Source: Camelus ferus
Taxonomy: Eukaryota
Assembly (NCBI RefSeq): GCF_009834535.1
Contig: NC_045697.1
Location: 96,970,001-97,034,000 of the forward strand
DNA: 64,000 nucleotides
Direction: 5' to 3'
In this document: one piece after another, positions 1 to 12,998 of the stretch
Layout of the letters: every line of letters begins with the position of its first letter
Position numbering within the stretch: the stretch's first letter is position 1
Program-made: the position numbers and the translations under genes
The notes under the pieces: model-generated
What the model was told of the DNA's origin: nothing
Database searches by the model: none
Seen by the model: only the letters and a program-made list of their open reading frames with translations

Positions 1-484
1 TAAAGAAGTTGTGATATATAGCTGCAATGGAATACTATTCAGCCATAAAAAGTAATAAAATAATGCATTTGGAGCAACATGGATGGAACTGGAGATTGTC
101 ATTCTAAGTGAAGTAAGCCAGAAAGAGAAAGAAAAATACCATATGATATCACTCTTATGTGGAATCTAAAAAAATGACACAAATGAATTTATTTACAGAT
201 CAGAAACATAGAGACACAGAAAACAAACTTCTGGTTACCAGCAGGGAATGAGGGGATGGGTGGAGGGATAACTTGGGAGTTTGGGATTTGCAGATACTAA
301 CTACTATACATAAAACAAATAAATAAAATGTCCTACTACATAGCACAGAGAACTATATTCAATACCTTATAATAGCCTATAATGAGGAATATATATAAAG
401 AATATACATATATATATATAAACTTAATCACTATCTGTACACCAGAAATTAACACATTGTAAACCAAATACTCTTCAATAAAAA
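1..484 (+). mobile_element. LINE-1 3' end (end of ORF2 region plus 3' UTR), relatively young lineage-type L1; continues upstream of the window
   Basis: Typical L1 3' motifs (ATGGAATACTATTCAGCCATAAAAA, GCAACATGGATGGAACTGGAGATTGTCATTCTAAGTGAAGTAAGCCAGAAAGAG); ends in CAATAAAAA at ~476-484; similar to the copies at 12840-12990 and 16030-16170. Confidence 0.9.
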
Positions 485-2283
485 TGCTGTTTTATTTATG
501 AACAGAAGATGTTGGAGGTTAAATTAAAAATAAGCCACTGTGTATGTCATTCCCTATGTGTTTTTGTTATTGTTGTTGTTTAAGACAACTATTTGCCTCT
601 CACTCCAAGTGTACCAGAAAGCCACATTTTTGCAGGGCATTTAGGGAAGATTTATGTCATAGCAGACAGAGAACTGTTGAAAAGGAACAAATTCTGAATT
701 AGTCAGAAGAGTGGAAGAGAGAAATAAGATGAAATGATATTGCACAGTAAGCATAATGACAATCTCAAAAAAAATTTTCTACCCAAGACTCCAAACAAAG
801 TGACTCTGAGGAAAGCAAAGGTTAAAAGATAGCTCTTGTACTTGTAGAATTCTGAAAAACATGAATATGATAAAGATACTACTACCAACTTAAAACACAA
901 TCATGTTAGTAAGCAAAGACTTCTGGAAAAATTAATTTACAAAGCTTCAATTACTAAAACCAGTAGACAGGAAAGACTAAGTTCTATCTAACCTAGGTAT
1001 ATGATTATTTATTTAAGAACAGAATACCAACACATTGATGACAAGTATCAAGGCCAGAAGTGCCAATCAAGAATTAAAGTGAACCAGAGAATGCATGAGT
1101 GACCACTGGGCATTGAAACATTTTGTCAGGATCATAACTATCCCCTTATATGTACTCAAAACAAGTTTAAACCATCTCCTAACTTTGGAAAATCATGTAC
1201 CTCAGTATAACAATTCACTGCATATCCACCTGAATTTCCTATATATAAATATGATGAATAAAAAATGTACAGTTAGGAATTAAGAATTCAGTTCAATCAT
1301 TCAGAATAGTTTTTTTAAGCTTCATAATATCATGACAAAAAAGGGGGAAAAAACCTTGATATTTCTATATGTATAGAAATCTGACTGGGTCACACAAAAA
1401 TCCGGGAATAAAAAGACAAATTAGAACAACACCCAAGGTACAGATATCTATCTATTCCCTCCACTGCCCCAAATTTAAGTTTGAGGAAAGACCATTCCTG
1501 ACAAGCAGTGTCCCAGCTCTCCCCACTTTCTTGAGCTCCCTAGTTCACTTTCACTTCTTACTCTTTTGCCTCCCCAGAATATGAATCGTTACTGTTCCCC
1601 TGTGTCCCTGCTTCTCCTCTTGAAAGTCAAAACTCTGGCTTGCTCTTTGTCCCTACATCAGCCTCTTACAGTCCCAACAGCAAAATATTCCATACAGGGC
1701 CCTGCTGAAGTGCCCTCTGGGATGCCTGATTCATTGCTTCAAGATTCTATGGACTTGGTATTATAAAATATTGTTGATATATATTTCTAGGCATAGGCAC
1801 ACCAACTTATTCCATATGATATTGAACTATTTCAGACACAGTGGTGATCTCTTCCTGCAATGGATATAACAATTGACCCAAATTTACTATCTTTGTGAGT
1901 TCCTTTTTAATTCCTTCCAAAGGTTGGCCAAAATTGATGTTAAATAGAGCCTTAGTTTTTCAGATTGTGAACCACTGATGAGAAGATTATGAATGGATCT
2001 TAACTGAACAATTAAAATTGTGAGCATGCTTTCAGAATTGAGATGTAAAGGCTTACACCAAACTTTTCAAATTCTAGCCAGAGTGTGTATTTTCCCTTCT
2101 CCTTCACAATAAGCCATGGCTAATATCTCAAACTTTCAGAATTCATGAAGATTATCTGATATCAAAGACCAAATAATGTTTCCATGGCTTCCTTCCTGAG
2201 ATAGTCTTATAATACCTATGGCTCCCTGAGTAATTCTCTTTAGGTCATTAAGTTACAGGGTAGCCATAGTATCAAATGCAGTG

Positions 2284-2847
2284 TGTATCAGTGTTCTCCA
2301 GAGAAATAAACCTGTATTTATATATTCTATTGTTTCTCATTTCTCTCTCTCTCCATCTATCTCTCTCTGTATCTGTCTCTGTCTCTGTCTTATTCTCTCT
2401 ATATATAAAATAAAGAATTGGCTAACATTTTATGGAAGCTGTCAAGTTCCAAGATCTGCAGGGTGAACCAGCCAACTGGAGACCTAGGAGAGCCAACTGT
2501 GTAATTCCTATCCAAAGACTGGCAAGCTCAAGACCCAGGAAGAGATGTTTCAGTGTTTTAGTTGCAGTGGGAAGTCAGCAAAAATCGAATGTTGCAGATT
2601 AAAGGCAGTTGAGCAAGAAGAATTATCTCTTATTCAGACGGGGTCAGCCTTTTCGCTCTATTCTGGGCTTCATGTGACTAGATGAAGCTCACTTATATTA
2701 GGGAGGACAATCTACTTTACTCAATCTACCAATTTAAATGTTAATCTCATCCAAAACATCCTCATAGAAACACCCCAAATCACATTTCAACAAATATCTG
2801 GGAACTCTGTGGTCCAGCCAAGTTGAGACATAATACTAACCAGCACA
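2284..2847 (-). mobile_element. Solo ERVL LTR, MLT2-like
   Basis: TG...CA termini and perfect 5-bp TSD CAGTG (2279-2283, 2848-2852); minus strand starts TGTGCTGGTTAGTATTATGTCTCAACTTGGC like MLT2; internal CT-rich tract ~2340-2400. Confidence 0.85.
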
Positions 2848-3551
2848 CAGTGATTTAGGAATGTCTGTGTATATATAAGCTGTTACTAGATATAACAGTT
2901 ATACACAACTAGAGGAATAAATGTGCATAGAAATCTGAAAATAATTTTACATTAGAAGAAATAATTGGCCATACTGCCTTTTGTATTTGTAGCTGTCCAG
3001 TGTCTTTAAAATACAATGCAGATTTAAAAAAAAAAAAAGTAGACAGCAGAAATATTTCTTTTACATAAAGAATCCCTATGTTTCAGGTTAAATAAAATTA
3101 CTGATAGCTGAATATATAAAAATAAGTGAAATTATATTAAAATATTTGAGCTTTCTTTACCATTTAAAAATAGTATTGGTTTTGCTAAGTGAAATGTAGC
3201 ATTTAAAAATAGACAGCAAGGAAAATCACGAGTAAATTCACTTGATTAACAGCTTATTTGATTCATGCTTGAGAATGTTCTTTTAGGAATTCCTAATTTG
3301 TTTTCAGGAACAACAATAAGTCATCTGCCCAAGATTAATGCAGTTTTTCAAAAGACAAACCATTTCATGAAAAGCCTGCAATTATGTTCTATTAACTGCA
3401 GACACATTGCAAAAGCCATGGGTTTAAATGAAAATCAAAAGTAGGTTTTGTAAGCAAATTAAGATGCAGAAAGATGACTGTTATTATTTTATTTCTTAAC
3501 ACTTAATACTGGATTTCTTGATATAATATCAAACTTAGTTCATTTTAAATC

Positions 3552-3734
3552 TATGAAATATTACTCAACCATAAAAAAGAACCAGTTATAAGAACTTGGA
3601 TGGACTTTGAGGGCATTATGCTAAGGGAAATAACCCAGACAGGGAAAGACAGATATTGCATGATATCAATTATATGTGGAATCTTAATAATAAATAAATA
3701 AATAAATAAACAAACAAACAAACAAACAAACAAA
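3552..3734 (+). mobile_element. Short L1 3'-region fragment ending in a (TAAA)n(CAAA)n tail
   Basis: GGATGGACTTTGAGGGCATTATGCTAAGGGAAATAACCCAGACAGGGAAAGAC...GTGGAATCT followed by an A-rich tetranucleotide tract at ~3686-3734. Confidence 0.8.
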
Positions 3735-3744
3735 TTTATTCACT

Positions 3745-6217
3745 TTAGAGCAAAAAGACTTCACAGACATACACAGAATATTTGACCCAACAGCAGCAGA
3801 ATATATAGTCCTCTCAAGTTTATATGAAACATTCCTCAGGATAGACCATATGGTAGGCCATAAAACAGATCTTACCAAATTTAAGATAACTGAAATCATA
3901 CAAGCTATTTTCTCTGATTAAAATAATATGAAATTAGAAATCATCAACTAAAGGAAAGTGAACAGATCTACAAAAATGTGAAACAAAACAACACTTCTAA
4001 ACAACAAATGGGTGAAAGGAGAAATCAAAAGATAAATAAATAATTATCTCAAAATAAATGAAAATGAAAATATATCAAATTTAGTGGAATACAGCAAATG
4101 CAGTTCTTAGAGGAAAGTTTATAGCAATAAATGCATATATTAAGAAACTATAAAGATCTCAAATAAACTACCTAACTCTATACCTCAAGGAACTAGAAAA
4201 AGTGGAACAAATTAAGACCAAAGTTAGCATAAAGAAGAAAACAATAATAATTAGAATGGAAATAAATGAAATAGAGATCAGAAAAACAATAGAAAGGATC
4301 AACAAGACTAAAGCTGTTTATTCAAAAAGATAAAATGGACAAACCTTTAGAGAAAATACTCAAATAAATTAAAGTAGAAATGAAAGAGGAGGCATTACAG
4401 ATTATATTACAGAAATATGAAGAATTATGTGCCAACATATTACATAACTTAGAAGAAATGGATAGATTTCTAGAAGCAAACAACCTACCAAGACTCAATC
4501 AGGGAGAAACAGAAAATATGAACAGACCAATAATGAATCAAGAGATTGAACGAGGGACCAAAAAAACTCCCAACACAGAAAACTTCAGGGCCAGGCAGCT
4601 TCACTGAATTCTACCAGGTATTTAAAGAAGAATTAACACCAATCCACCTCAAGCTCTTCCAAAATATTAAGGAAGAGGGACTCCTCCAAACTCATTCCAC
4701 AAAGCCAGCATTACCTTCATACTAAAACCAGATAAGGCTACTGCAAAGGTAAAAAAACAAAAAACAAAAAACAAACAAGAAACAGATCAATATCCCCAAT
4801 GAATATAATTTGCAAAAGTTTTTAACAAAACATTAGCAAAATAAATTTCAGAACACATTAAAAGTATTATACACCATGATCAAGTGGGATTTTCCCGTGT
4901 TGTAAGGTTGGTTCAATATACACAAATCAATAAACATAATTCATCACATCACTAAAATAAAAGATAGAAATCACATGGTCATCTCAAAAGATGCAGAAAC
5001 TGCATTTGACCACTGCTTCGTAATAAAAATGCTTAACAGATTGGGTACAGATGGGACATAACTCAACATAATAAAGATTATATACGACAAATCTGCAACT
5101 AACATTATACTCAATGGAGAAAATTTGAAAGCTTTCCCTCTAAAATCAGGAACAACACCAGTTTGTTCATTCGTATCACTCCTATTCAATATAGTACTGA
5201 AATTCCTAGCTAGAGCAATTAGGTGAAATAAAGAAATAAAAGGCATTCAAATAGGGAAAGAAGAAGTAAAATTATTGCTATTTGCTGATGATGCAATCTT
5301 ATATATAGAAAAATCCCAGAATCAATCAAAATACTATTGGAGTCAATCAATTATTTCAATAAAGTGGCAGGTTACAAAATCAACTTACAAAAATCAGTAA
5401 CATTCTTTTACACTAATGATGAAGCACTGGAAAAAGAAATAAAGAAAACTACTCTATTCACAGTAGCAACAAAAACAATAAAATAAGTTTAACCAAAGAA
5501 GTAAAAGATCTGTACAATGAAAACTGCAAGATTTTGCAGAAAGATACCGAAGATACAAAGAAATGGAAAGACATTCTGTGTTTATGGGTCAAAAGAATTA
5601 CCATTGTTAAAATGGCCATACTACCCATAGCTATCTACAAACTCAATGCAATCCCCATCAAAATACAAAAGGCATTTTTTTTTTCATAGAAGTAGAAGAA
5701 ACAGTCCTAAAACCCGAAAGGAATCATAAAAGACCTAAATAGCCAAGGCAATCTTGAGAACAAAGCTGGAGGTATCATATTTCTGGATTTCAAACTATAC
5801 TACAAAGTAATAAAATCAATACAGTACTGACACAAAAGTAAATGCATGGACAAATGGGACAGAATATAGAGCCTATAATTAAATTTTAGCATATATAGTC
5901 AAGTAATATCTGACAAGGGAGCCAAGGATATCCAATGGAGGAAGGATAATTTCTTCAACAAATGTTTCTGGGAAAACTGAAGAAATACATGTAGAATAAG
6001 AAAACTAGACTCCTATTTCACATAATTCACACAAATTAACTTGAAATGGATCAGACTTAAACATAAGACCTGATACTATAAAACGCCTTGAAGAAAACAT
6101 AGCGAAGAGCTCAATGATACTGGTGTTGGTAATGATTTTTTGGACATGATGCTGAAAGCACAAACCACAAAAGCAAAAATCAAACAATGAGAATACATCA
6201 AACTCAAAGGCTTCTGC

Positions 6218-6253
<36 letters not shown>

Positions 6254-6288
6254 AAGAAAATTAAAAGGCAACATTCAGAATGGGAACA
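3745..6288 (+). mobile_element. Degenerate L1 ORF2 (end of endonuclease domain through reverse transcriptase), many stops and frameshifts
   Basis: ORF 4380-4607 contains NLEEMDRFLEANNLPRLNQ (L1 ORF2-like); RT catalytic motif FADD encoded at 5281-5292; collinear L1 similarity throughout. Confidence 0.95.
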
Positions 6289-6289
6289 T

Positions 6290-6375
6290 TAAGCACAGAG
6301 AACTATAGTCAATATCTTGTATTAACCTATAATGGAAAAGAATCTGAAAAAGAATATATGTACATATATTCTCTT
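6290..6375 (+). mobile_element. L1 3' UTR fragment joined directly to the truncated ORF2
   Basis: AGCACAGAGAACTATAGTCAATATCTTGTATTAACCTATAATG matches the L1 3' UTR at 342-385 of this window. Confidence 0.8.
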
Positions 6376-9300
6376 ATCCATCTTTCTATATATATGATAA
6401 ACTTGAAAAGTCCTAATTTAAAATATGTATTATTTTAAATTTTATATATATGTAGAATATTGATTATCTTGTTATGTAGACTGACCCACCTTGGAAATGC
6501 CATCTAATTGTCCTTCACTTATTCATGTATTCATTTTTTAAAAATTCAGTGCCAGTACTGTGCTGGACATACAGCAGGGATTAAGATGGATTTGATCTTT
6601 CTCACTTTCAGTCCAGGAAACAAATACAAGCAAAGACCTTTGCCAGAAACAACTCTGGGGGAAAAACCTATTTTTTTCCAACAATTGTTCTTGGATACAG
6701 CTGTGAAAAAGATAACAGTACTTGGTTTTAAGTTGTTCACAACCCTGTAGTGGAAAGCAAAGCCTGTATTTTTAAGTTAGTTTGCCTGAGCAACTCCGTA
6801 GCTCAAAGCTCAGAAACACCATGTGTAAAGATTTAAAAACATATATGAATAGAAGATAGTTTTATTGAAGAAATGTGCCTTTTCAGAGGAAGGCCTTGGG
6901 TTGAGATGTCCAGAAAATCATTGCTGGTTTTGGTGAAAGGGTATGAGTAAGTGTGTGAGTGGTCACATGCAATGCTGTTTTCGGTTCCCCATTAACAATT
7001 CTCTGCAGTGAATCATGCAGGAAGGAATTCTCCCTACTTCTGCACGTTACCCAGGACTGTACTGACACCTCAAGGATTGGCTGTTTGAGGAATGTCAGGA
7101 GATAAAACAATTTCAATGAACCTTGCTGTTCTCTGGATGAGCACTGAAAGGAAGTTTCCTTTAAAACAGTCTCTTGAACATAAGAAGCACAGGAAGGAAG
7201 CCATAGGGCCATTGTCACTGAAAAACTTTTGTAAGTACAACAAAATTTCCAATTTGACATCTTTCAGAAATAATAGTGAGAAATATTACAATAGATAGTC
7301 GAGGTGGTGCAGGTGTATGGGAGACTTATGAATAATGTATTTTCACTTGTGACAACAGCTGGAATTATTTATCATTTAGCTATATGCATGTATATCAATA
7401 GGTTCTTAAATATAAGCGTATGTGTACATATGTCAATATCTTCACCAGTATAAGCTAATGTATATATACATCAATACCTTCATAAATATAAGCCTTATGT
7501 TTACATCTCCTTAAATACATTTCATGCCTTGCCTTTGAGACCAACATACATTTCAAAGCCAGTCTAGAAAAATTAATTCCTTATAGGAAGCATATTAAGG
7601 AAATAATTGTTGTGTAGATACGTCAAGAGATGAGGTTGGTGTTTGAAATAAGAGTAATTTAGAATGCAGTATAGACAAAGTTGAGATTTGATTTAATAAA
7701 TAAACTAGAAAATAAATTACTGAGCTTATTCAGAAATAATATTACAATTTGCAACCTACACCAACATTGAGTTCGTATGAATCCAATCATTAAAAGGTCG
7801 CTTACAGTTGACCAGAACGAATTTCAACCTCCCAAAGCTACCCATTACATAAAAATAATTTTATACTACAGAGAAGAGATACTTTTATAGAGTAAAATAA
7901 CCATAAAATGAGTAAAGGTATTTCAAGGATATTAGATATTTGCAAAGTAGTTCTTTACAAAAATGTTCCATTAGGAATAAAGATCAAATGTTTTCTATAG
8001 AAAATAATGATGGGATTTAATATTGGAGATGTCAGCTATGAAGACCACATGGCTATTGCGAGAAATAACATTTAACCTTTCTCTTGTGGCTGATGGAGGC
8101 CAATGCAGTATTTTATTATCAACATTGGCAGGTGATTTATTACCACTGTTTCTACTCCAGTAAAGCCACATTAGGCTGTGCTCGATGTATCATTTGTTAT
8201 CTTCAACCCCCCTACACACTTTCTGCATGCATAATCTCTTTGTTCTAGCAGATTTTAAACATAGAAGAGTAAATATTTAAGTAATTATTCCAGATTAATC
8301 AGAAACTTTGGAGGTAAAATCAACTAACTAGATTATGCCAGACAATGTCTGACGTAATCATAAAGTTCTGGCCTCAGGAAGAGTGATGGTTATATATCTA
8401 AAACATCCACTATGCATAATGGTGCATTAGTGTAGATACAGCAGTGACAGAGAATAAATCACAGGCACACTTTTAGATGGGAATAAAATTTTGTGGAATA
8501 AATCCAGGTCAGATCGCTTTCAACAGTTTCTGTTTTCAGAACTTACTACCTAAAACAAAAAATCAGTCAAATTGTCTGAAATTGCTTGGCAGATGCACTG
8601 AAAAGGCATTTTCCTATCTTTCAACTCATCTGACTATTTGACATTAATGTGGAAGCAAATTTAAGAATATCAAAATAGTTCTATTCTCTGAAATTTCACC
8701 TTTTACATATGTATCCCTGGTGAGTTTTAGAATCTTTGGAAATAAACTTTTTGCTTCAGTAAAATGTAGTTAATGATCATCATTCTTAAATCCAGAATGA
8801 ACTTGTTTCCAAGTGCTTTTCTTTCAGTCAATGATCTAAATATTAACTAAACTTATAAAGTGCTTTAGAGAATGATTCTTTTTGCATGGTGTTTCATTCT
8901 GTGAGAAGTGTTCTAAATTATCTTAATTCCTAGCTTCTCTCTATCTATTCACCCTGCCTACAGGAGAAGAAGTAATTTATGTGATTGCTAAATTTGGAAA
9001 TAATTAACCAGATATGCTTTGCTAATTTCTGTCCTTCTTCATATTGATAGTAAGCAAGTCTACAGAGATAATTCATTCTCTACTACTCATTTAGGGACAG
9101 GCCTACTCTATGCTATTGTGACTAGGTCAGTAACTATATATTAATACTGATGTCTGATATTAAGAATCTCATTACTGGTTTCATGTATAATCTATGTGAT
9201 CCAACCTACTCTTTAGAAATTATAATGAAATATTTTTGTTTTGTAAATCTCTCTTTTTTTATTTATCAGAACTCAAACAATTTAGAGTGTTGTTTATTGA

Positions 9301-9449
9301 AAGTGCTCAGTAACTCCAGCATGTCCTGTGGATAAAAAAGTAGATTTCTTCTTTCCTCTATTTTAAGCAGCTTCTTTTTTCAGGTTTCCATATGATTGCC
9401 TGTCTGTTAGCCTGGCAATCACAAGGCTTGAATTTCATTCATTAAAAGA

Positions 9450-9712
9450 AAACAATATTACACAGTATTATATCACTTATATGTGCAATATAAAAAATAC
9501 AACAAACTAGGGAATACAAAAAAAAAAAAAAAAAAGAGAGAGAGATTAATAGACATAGAGAACAAACTAGTAGTTACCAGTGGAGAATGGGAAGAGGGGA
9601 GGGGTATAAAAAGGGGAGTTATCATGGGATTATATGAAATTAGTGTGTGTGAAATTTTTAAAATTGTGAAGTACTATAGAATTTAAACAATCTTCATTCA
9701 ATAAAAAAGAAA
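9450..9712 (+). mobile_element. L1 3' terminal fragment
   Basis: TATCACTTATATGTG...GACATAGAGAACAAACTAGTAGTTACCAGTGGAG...TTCATTCAATAAAAAAG. Confidence 0.75.
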
Positions 9713-9713
9713 A

Positions 9714-9829
9714 CCTTTAATGGAAAAAAATGAAAATGAATATATGTATGTATATGCATGACTGGGACATTGTGCTGTACACAAGACATTGATAGAGTGT
9801 AATTGACTGTACTTTGATTAAAAATAATA
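9714..9829 (+). mobile_element. Second, very short L1 3' terminus abutting the previous one
   Basis: GAATATATGTATGT...CATG...GTGCTGTACAC...TTGA resembles the reverse complement of the L1 end at 15745-15845. Confidence 0.65.
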
Positions 9830-10084
9830 CTCGTGCATTTCTTAAAACTAATTATCATGGATAAACATCTGCTAATCCCTTCATTATGTGAGCCAAACAT
9901 TCTAAGTGTTTTGGAGTGGAGGACTAAACAATGTGGCTGGGACCAGAAATAAACACAAAGATAAACAAATGGATGAATTTATAAGGGAGAAAACATGGAG
10001 GTGACAGTTATTCAATCAAAAAATATATATGGAGATAGTGTGATAAATAAAATCTGGCTGACATGATGAGGACAAATAGATACA

Positions 10085-10275
10085 TATTTGATTCAGAAAC
10101 AACTGGAACTAAATCCTGACAATGCTACATATTTCAACTTTGAAAAGCAAGCTTCCTGAACCTAAACTTTAAAATAGTAAAACTGCAAAAAACTTTTAAG
10201 TCATAGGAAAGTTAGGAGATTTTTCTTTAATAATGTATATAAAATACTAACACATATTAAGGGATCAATATATGT
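10085..10275 (+). mobile_element. MIR SINE, degenerate
   Basis: GATTCAGAAACAACTGGAACTAAATCCTGAC...CTGAACCT resembles the MIR core. Confidence 0.45.
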
Positions 10276-10829
10276 TTTCTCTAGTTCTCTCCAAAGTTTC
10301 TTAAGGTCTCTTTGGGAAAACTGATATATAAAGAGATGATGGGTATAGAATAGGAATTGGAGAAGGAAAAAAGTACTCTAAGTATTTGCTATTGAATAAA
10401 ATATGATAAGTAGCATTGGTGGTTATATGAGGATGTCAAGAGATTAGTTGTTGGATCAGGGTGAACTAGAAAAGCACACTGAATGATACATCTTGCTTTA
10501 ATTTTATATTCTCTATGTGTGTTTGTGTTTGTGCATGTGTATTTAAATGTGAATGTAAAAGGGAAACATAGACTAGTAAATAGAACATATATTTCTAAAA
10601 TATGGGACTATAGAATAATGTGGGTAAAAAATTGGATTGCCAAATAAAGCTATAGCTGTGGAAGTTGTATAACTCTGGCGGTAACTGAAGCTGTAGGTGG
10701 CAGTAGACAGACAATAAGTTGAAGTAAGGCAGATATTTGTTATCCTTGTACAAAACTTAAAGTTCACCTAATACAATACTTGGATGATGGTTTATTTCTA
10801 TTATAATTAAAACTAATACAGTAGGGTTG

Positions 10830-11000
10830 TGGGGGAGGGTATACCTCAAGTGGTAGAGAGCATGCTTAGCATGAAGGAGGTCCTGGGTTCATTCCCCAGT
10901 ACCTCTCTAAAAATAAATAAGTAAAAACACCTAACTACTTCCCTCTCCTCCCTCCCTCCACAACCCCCCCCCCAAAAAAAAGAAAAAGAAAAGAAAAAGC
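10830..11000 (+). mobile_element. tRNA-derived SINE of the camelid Vic-1 type
   Basis: Head GGGGGAGGGTATACCTCAAGTGGTAGAGAGCATGCTTAGCATG with A-box-like TACCTCAAGTGG and B-box-like GGTTCATTCCC; C-rich linker; A-rich tail; 17-bp TSD CTAATA(C/T)AGTAGGGTTG at 10813-10829 and 11001-11017; TT/AAAA endonuclease site at 10807-10812. Confidence 0.9.
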
Positions 11001-12065
11001 CTAATATAGTAGGGTTGAATTTATAAAGATGGTAAGTTAAGACTAGGAACATTTATAATTTCATATACTTTATTTCAAAGAACATAGCTGATATAACCTT
11101 AAGCGTGTCTGCTAAATAGCAGTAATAAATCTGAAGATATCTTCAGTTTTGGCTGTGTAAATCTGCATGACAACATAGTCATTGCATCAACCTGTTTTTG
11201 TCACAATAATACACATTGGTAATCATTTAAATATCCATAAATTGAAACACAAACATACACACACACATGCATGTATAAGTAGGACAAGTTCACTGTAAAA
11301 AGTAATTGTCCTCAATATATTTCAATTCAAAATTTGGTAAGAAATGAAAGAATTGCTGTAGTTGTGGCAAACTTGGATAGTCTAGTCTTGAAATGAAACC
11401 TCTTTACTTAAGTGTAGCATATGCAAGAAGACAGAAAAACCACATAGAGGCACAGAGATTCCAGAAATGCAAGAAAGCCTTTCAACCGAGACCCCATAAA
11501 TGGTAGAATCAACTTGCATTTTCAAGGAGTAACTTCAGTATACTAATACATAGATAAATTGTGGCCCTGGGGAAACATTGACATGCCAATTTTCAGGAAT
11601 CTAAGGAGTCAAGTCAAGATGCTAATCAACCAAAATTAGGGATACAGTCACATTACTTTACTTATGTGGGAGCAATAGAGAAAATTAAGTGAGTCTAGGT
11701 TAGGAGGTTACATGATAGTCGAGATGTAGACAAAAAGAAAGGATCAAACCATAGCTATACCTCACTGAATGGTTTGTGCCCTTAAGTAATTTATGTTGCA
11801 AGTTCTGGGACTATAGAGAGGGCTCTGGTCAAAGCTTCCTCAAAATAGCCTAGACTGCATAATTTTTTTGTATTGTTCTTTAATTGTTCTACATTGTAAT
11901 TTGTGCCCTATGTTACCAATATGAATTCTCACATGTACACTGCATTAACCATTTTATGTGTAAATATCTCTATATCTTTTCATATATAAGCTTCTGAAAT
12001 TCTGCTGTTTTATGTATTGTTTCCTCTTAAGATTATTTCATTCAAAGAGAATAATAATAATAATG

Positions 12066-12228
12066 GAGCTATCTGCTTCTGACCAAGAAAAATTAACAGG
12101 ATCTGGACAGACTGTCTCTCACCCCAAACAATGAAAAATGAAAAAAATAATGAAATTGCGTTTTGCAAGATACTGGAAATCAGACAACAAAGGATAACGA
12201 TCCCTGAGAGAAGGGAAACAAATGAGCT
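12066..12228 (+). mobile_element. Ancient L1 5'-end fragment (L1M4/L1MD-like)
   Basis: CTTCTGACCAAG...CAAGATACTGGAAATCAGACAACAAAGGATAACGATCCCTGAGAGAAGGGAAACAAATGAG resembles the old L1 5' UTR consensus. Confidence 0.6.
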
Positions 12229-12231
12229 AAG

Positions 12232-12998
12232 GATACCATCAACACAACAAAAAAACAACCTACGGAATGGAAGAAAATGTTTGCAAATGATGAAACCAAC
12301 AAGGGACTAATTTCTAAAATATATAAAACAGCTCATACAGCTTAATATCAAAAAAATAAGCAACCCAATCAAAAAATGGGTAGAAGACCTAAATAGACCT
12401 CTCCAAAGAAGACATCCAAATGGCCAATAAACACATGATGCTCAACATTGCTAATTATTAGAGAAATGCAAATCAAAACTACAATGAGGTATCACCTCAC
12501 ACCAGTTAGAATGGCCATCATTAACAAGTCTACAAATAATAAATGCTGGAGAGGGTGTGGAGAAAAAGGAACCATTCTACCCTGTTGGAGGGAATGTAAA
12601 TTGGTGCAGCCACTATGGAGGAGAGTATGGATGTTCCTTTAAAAAATAAAAATAAAAACTTACCATGTGATCCAGCAATCCAATTCCTGGGCATATATCT
12701 GGACAAAAATATAATTCAAAAAGACACATGCACCCCAATGTTCATAGCAGCACTATTTATAACAGCCAAGACATGGAAACAACCTAAATGTCCATTAACA
12801 GATGAATGGATAAGGAAGACGTGGTATTTATACAGTGTAATACTACTCAGCCATAAAAAAAAAAGAATAAAACAATGCCATTTGCAGCAACACGGATGGA
12901 CCTAGAGATCATCATTCTAAGTGAAGTAAGCCAGAAAGAGAAAGAAAAATATCACATGATATTGCTTAAATGTGGAATCAGAAAAAAAAAAAAAAGGC
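12232..12998 (+). mobile_element. 5'-truncated L1: C-terminal cysteine-rich region of ORF2 to the internal A-tract
   Basis: ORFs 12448-12642 ([23 protein letters not shown]...[10 protein letters not shown]) and 12615-12905 (DTCTPMFIAALFITAKTWKQPKCP) are L1 ORF2 C-terminus. Confidence 0.95.

Noticed and set aside
10830..10905. tRNA gene
   Set aside because: This is the tRNA-like head of a SINE, with a degenerate B box, A tail and TSD.
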